Origin: an uncultured Clostridia bacterium
GTDB lineage: Bacteria > Bacillota > Clostridia > Oscillospirales > CAG-272
Length of the DNA: 64,000 nucleotides
Assembly: GCA_945929845.1 (NCBI GenBank)
Contig: CAMEON010000003.1
Coordinates: 16,723 to 80,722 of the forward strand
Direction of reading: 5' to 3'
The notes beneath the pieces are model-generated. The model was given only the letters and a program-made list of their open reading frames with translations. It was not told the DNA's origin and did not search any database. The position numbers were made by a program, and so were the translations under genes. This document shows positions 56,526 through 64,000 of the stretch, in pieces (within the stretch, counting starts at the first letter, position 1; each line of letters opens with the position of its first letter).

Positions 56526-56776
56526 TGTAACTTCCCTCCTTCATTAGTAGTAGAATGAAATCATAGGTACTCAAAAGCATTCTTCTTCTGTTCACGCGCC
56601 TGATGTGATTTCCTGACTGCCCGGCAGGCCGGGTATATAAACATTAAAAATCAGTGGGACACACAGGATCGTCTCGAATGGACTGCTATCTTCTACCTTC
56701 CGTCCATAACGCAGAACGGAGTGGCGGCCGCACACGGCAGCATCCCGCAGCCTTCCGGCCGGGGGGTGAAGCAGAA

Positions 56777-57196
56777 TTACTTCTTCTTCTTGGGAGCCTT
56801 TGCGCCGTACTTGGAGCGGCCCTGGTTGCGGTTGGCAACGCCCTGGGCATCCAGCGTACCCCGGATGATGTGGTAACGCACACCGGGCAGGTCACGCACA
56901 CGACCACCGCGGATCAGCACCACAGAGTGCTCCTGCAGACTGTGACCGATGCCGGGGATGTAGGTGGTGACTTCCATGCCGTTGGTCAGGCGGACTCTCG
57001 CGATCTTACGCAGAGCGGAGTTCGGCTTCTTGGGGGTGGTAGTGGAGACCTTGGTGCAGACGCCTCTCTTCTGGGGAGAAGAATGGTCTGTGGTCTTGCC
57101 CTCCAGGCTGTTGAAGCCATGCTGAAGCACCGGAGCCTTGGACTTGTACACACGGTCGGCACGACCCTGTCTGACAAGCTGGTTAAAGGTTGGCAT
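56777..57196 (-). CDS. rpsL: 30S ribosomal protein S12
   Basis: [12 protein letters not shown]...[21 protein letters not shown]... Confidence 0.97.
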   Translation of the reverse strand: MPTFNQLVRQGRADRVYKSKAPVLQHGFNSLEGKTTDHSSPQKRGVCTKVSTTTPKKPNSALRKIARVRLTNGMEVTTYIPGIGHSLQEHSVVLIRGGRVRDLPGVRYHIIRGTLDAQGVANRNQGRSKYGAKAPKKKK

Positions 57197-57323
57197 TCCT
57201 GAAATTCCTCCTTCTTCTGAAATTTAATGTTTATATACAGGCACACACCGGCACTGGCCGGCGGTGGAACTGCCTCGGATCCGCATACGGGCAGAATTAT
57301 CCCATACCCGCACACTGTACACT

Positions 57324-57352
57324 ATTATAGCATAAGGTGGCCCTTTTGTCAA
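57324..57352 (-). promoter_or_regulatory. SigA-type promoter of the str operon (rpsL)
   Basis: Minus strand: TTGACA (57352-57347), 17 nt, TGC-TATAAT (57329-57324). Confidence 0.75.
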
Positions 57353-57554
57353 GAAAACATTCCCGGGCGGAAAATTTTCTCCCTATTTCACAATTTACCC
57401 CGACACCATCTCGGCCGGTTTTGTGGAAATCACGGCGTACCCCGCACACAGCACCCGGGGCTTTCCCAAGGAAGCCCCGGGCACCATGGCACATAGCGGT
57501 AGCCGTCCCGCCTGACAGCTTCACCCACCAGGCACGGCTACAGGAGGAATGGTC

Positions 57555-61187
<3,633 letters not shown>

Positions 61188-61280
61188 TCTATCTGTAATT
61201 TAGCAGTTTGGCAATCGTCTCCCCGGGGGGCGGCGGCGCAGGGTGTGCGCCCCCTGTATGACACCCCCGGGAGGGGGGAT

Positions 61281-64000
61281 TCAGTCCTCGTCTCCTCCGT
61301 CGCTGTCACTGTAACTGTCGCTGTCGCTGTCACCATATATGTCATCGGCATCGAAGGACGGGCTTTCCTCATACTCATCGGTCTCGCTGTACTCTTCGTC
61401 GGGGTTGATCTCACTGTGCTCCATCAGGAAGGAATCCGACAGGTTCTCGCCCTCTGCGGTCTGACCCAGCACCCGGTCGATCTCCTCTTCGTCAGGATCC
61501 CTCAGATCCCGGGGCAGGCGGCGGCGGTAGGCAGGCGGGTCGTCCTCGTTGCACAGGGCGGACAGATCCACTTCCTTGCCCTCCTTGTCCAGCACACGGA
61601 CATCCAGAGCCAGTGCCTGCAGCTCCTTGACCATGACCTTGAAGGATTCCGGTACGCCGGGCGTGGGAATGTTCTGACCCTTGATGATGGCCTCGTAAGC
61701 CTTCCGCCGACCGGTAATATCGTCGGACTTGACGGTCAGGATCTCCTGCAGGGTGTAGGCGGCACCGTAGGCCTCCAGCGCCCAGACTTCCATCTCACCG
61801 AAGCGCTGGCCGCCGAACTGAGCCTTACCGCCCAGAGGCTGCTGGGTGACAAGGGAGTACGGGCCATTGGAGCGGGCGTGGATCTTATCGTCCACCAGGT
61901 GGTGCAGCTTGAGGTAGTACATGATGCCCACCGTGACAGGGTTATCAAAGGGCTCGCCGGTGCGGCCGTCGTACAGGATGGTCTTGCCGTCAAACAGGCG
62001 GAGGGTATCCTTCTTCCGCAGGGACTCCACATAGGCGGCATCAGCCTTCTCCTCCGGCGTGAGCTGGCGGTAGTAGTGGGTCACATCGCCCTCGTATACA
62101 GGCGGAACCTCCATGTCATACTTGCCGTCGGCACTGCTGATCTCGAACAGATCCTTGCCCTCCGGGTTCTCCCCGGCGAACAGGGGACGGCTGTAGTTGG
62201 CCATATGCAGGCACTCGGAAATGTCCCGCTCGTTGGCACCGTCGAACACCGGGGTCATGATCTTCCAGCCCAGTTTCTTGGCGGCGATGCCCAGGTGAAC
62301 CTCCAGCACCTGCCCGATGTTCATACGGGAAGGCACGCCCAGGGGGTTCAGCACAATGTCCAGCGGGGTGCCGTCCGGCAGGAAGGGCATATCCTCCGGC
62401 GGCAGGATGCGGGACACCACACCCTTGTTGCCGTGGCGGCCGGCCATCTTGTCGCCTACGGAGATCTTTCTCTTCTGGGCCACATACACCTTGACCACCT
62501 TGTTGACGCTGGCAGGCAGGTCGTCCCCGGCCTCTCTGGAGAAGACGCGGACATCCACCACCACGCCGGACTCACCGTGAGGCAGGCGCAGGGAGGTATC
62601 CCGGACTTCCCTTGCCTTCTCTCCGAAGATGGCACGGAGCAGTCTTTCCTCGGCGGTCAGCTCGGTCTCACCCTTGGGGGTGATCTTACCCACCAGGATG
62701 TCTCCGGCCCGCACCTCGGTGCCCTTCTTGACGATACCGTCGGCGTTCAGATCCTTCAGGACATCGTCGCCCACATTGGGGATCTCACGGGTGATCTCCT
62801 CCGGGCCCAGCTTGGTGTCCCGGGCCTCGTGGGAGTATTCTTCAATGTGCAGGGAGGTGTATACATCGTCCCGCACCAGGCATTCATTCAGAAGGACGGC
62901 GTCCTCGTAGTTGTAGCCCTCCCAGGTCATGAAGCCGATGAGGGCGTTCTTACCCAGGGACACCTCGCCGTTGCAGGTGGCGGGGCCATCGGCAATCACC
63001 TGCCCGGCCTTGACCTCTTGTCCCTGCCGGACGATGGGCCGCTGATTGAAGCAGGTACCCTGGTTGGTCCTCTTGAACTTGCGCAGGACATAGGTCTCCT
63101 TGGTGCCATCCGCAGAGGCTACCACGATCCGGTCGGCCTCCACATGCTCCACATACCCGTCCTTCCGGGAGACCACCACCACACCGGAGTCCACGGCGGC
63201 CTTGTATTCCATACCGGTACCCACAATGGGGCTGTCGGTGACCATCAGGGGCACAGCCTGCTTCTGCATGTTGGCACCCATCAGGGCACGGGTGTTGTCG
63301 TCATTCTCCAGGAAGGGGATCATAGCCGTAGCCACGGACACCACCATCTTCGGGGACACATCCATGAAGTCCACCTTGGAGGCATCAATGGAGGCGATCT
63401 CCGTGCGCTCTCTGGCAGTGACCTTCTGGTTGATGAAGTGCCCTTCCTCATCCAGCGGCTCGTTGGCCTGAGCCACCACATAGTTGTCCTCCACATCGGC
63501 GGTCATGTAGACCACCTCGTCCGTCACCCGGCCGGTGGCCTTGTCCACCCGGCGGTACGGGGCCTCAATGAAGCCGTAGTCGCTGATGCGGGCGTAGGTG
63601 GTCAGGTAGGAGATCAGACCGATATTGGGGCCTTCGGGGGTCTCGATGGGGCACATACGGCCATACTGGGTGTAGTGTACATCACGGACATCGAAGGAGG
63701 CACGGTCACGGGAAAGACCGCCGGGGCCAAGGGCAGACAGACGGCGGCGGTGGGTCAGCTCGGCCAGGGGGTTGTTCTGGTCGGCGAACTGGGACAGCTG
63801 GGAGGAGCCGAAGAACTCCCGGATGGCCGTCACCACCGGCCGGATGTTGATCAGTGCCTGGGGCGTCAGCTTCTCGTTGTCCTGGATGGTCATGCGCTCC
63901 TTGATGATCTTCTCCATCCGGACAAAGCCGATGCGGAACTGGTTCTGGAGCTGCTCGCCCACCGAGCGGATTCGACGGTTGCCCAGGTGGTCGATGTCGT
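61281..64000 (-). CDS. rpoB: DNA-directed RNA polymerase subunit beta (the 5' end lies beyond the right edge of the window)
   Basis: The frame is open to nt 64000. Conserved GPNIGLI, NMQRQAVP-like (NMQKQAVP), [13 protein letters not shown] and [12 protein letters not shown] motifs. It has an acidic ~100-aa C-terminal tail. Confidence 0.98.
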   Translation of the reverse strand, partial: DIDHLGNRRIRSVGEQLQNQFRIGFVRMEKIIKERMTIQDNEKLTPQALINIRPVVTAIREFFGSSQLSQFADQNNPLAELTHRRRLSALGPGGLSRDRASFDVRDVHYTQYGRMCPIETPEGPNIGLISYLTTYARISDYGFIEAPYRRVDKATGRVTDEVVYMTADVEDNYVVAQANEPLDEEGHFINQKVTARERTEIASIDASKVDFMDVSPKMVVSVATAMIPFLENDDNTRALMGANMQKQAVPLMVTDSPIVGTGMEYKAAVDSGVVVVSRKDGYVEHVEADRIVVASADGTKETYVLRKFKRTNQGTCFNQRPIVRQGQEVKAGQVIADGPATCNGEVSLGKNALIGFMTWEGYNYEDAVLLNECLVRDDVYTSLHIEEYSHEARDTKLGPEEITREIPNVGDDVLKDLNADGIVKKGTEVRAGDILVGKITPKGETELTAEERLLRAIFGEKAREVRDTSLRLPHGESGVVVDVRVFSREAGDDLPASVNKVVKVYVAQKRKISVGDKMAGRHGNKGVVSRILPPEDMPFLPDGTPLDIVLNPLGVPSRMNIGQVLEVHLGIAAKKLGWKIMTPVFDGANERDISECLHMANYSRPLFAGENPEGKDLFEISSADGKYDMEVPPVYEGDVTHYYRQLTPEEKADAAYVESLRKKDTLRLFDGKTILYDGRTGEPFDNPVTVGIMYYLKLHHLVDDKIHARSNGPYSLVTQQPLGGKAQFGGQRFGEMEVWALEAYGAAYTLQEILTVKSDDITGRRKAYEAIIKGQNIPTPGVPESFKVMVKELQALALDVRVLDKEGKEVDLSALCNEDDPPAYRRRLPRDLRDPDEEEIDRVLGQTAEGENLSDSFLMEHSEINPDEEYSETDEYEESPSFDADDIYGDSDSDSYSDSDGGDED

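Overview
GC-rich (about 60% by eye) chromosomal segment from a spore-forming Firmicute of class Clostridia. The evidence is spoVT, rny, a Firmicutes-type rpoB-rpoC-rpsL-rpsG-fusA-tuf block and canonical TTGACA-17-TATAAT promoters. A finer placement such as Oscillospiraceae is only a guess. Contents from left to right: (1) The last ~830 bp of an integrated element whose large serine recombinase ORF runs in frame into a 5'-truncated spoVT. (2) A tightly packed 15.4-kb minus-strand operon (1496-16944) with a 1175-aa CBM-bearing solute-binding protein, two complete pairs of CUT1-type ABC permeases, an NHL-propeller/TPR/Yip1 membrane protein and a 1911-aa secreted protein, but no ATPase and no regulator. 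I consider this the best candidate for an uncharacterised system. (3) Housekeeping and envelope genes: an RlmI-like methyltransferase, a GT2 plus GT-C glycosylation pair, glcK, trmK-nif3, an amino-acid ABC system, an oxidoreductase/isomerase cluster containing a lipoprotein gene split by one in-frame TAG, and rny. (4) A T-box-controlled Na+/solute symporter, a cadC-HMA-cadA operon and a csoR-copA operon with duplicated CsoR operators. (5) rpmG-secE-nusG-rplK-rplA, a cobalamin-riboswitch-like leader in front of an orphan ECF S-component, then tuf-fusA-rpsG-rpsL-rpoC-rpoB (rpoB runs off the right edge). A ~250-bp MITE-like repeat family is scattered through the intergenic regions. It has 11-bp terminal inverted repeats (GTTACAGTTCA), 7-9 bp flanking duplications and internal hairpins kept intact by compensatory changes. 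Its GAACTGTAAC ends sit 26-41 bp upstream of the -35 box of six consensus promoters. No rRNA, tRNA or CRISPR array was seen. All homology statements come from reading the translated ORFs and recalling families, not from database searches.
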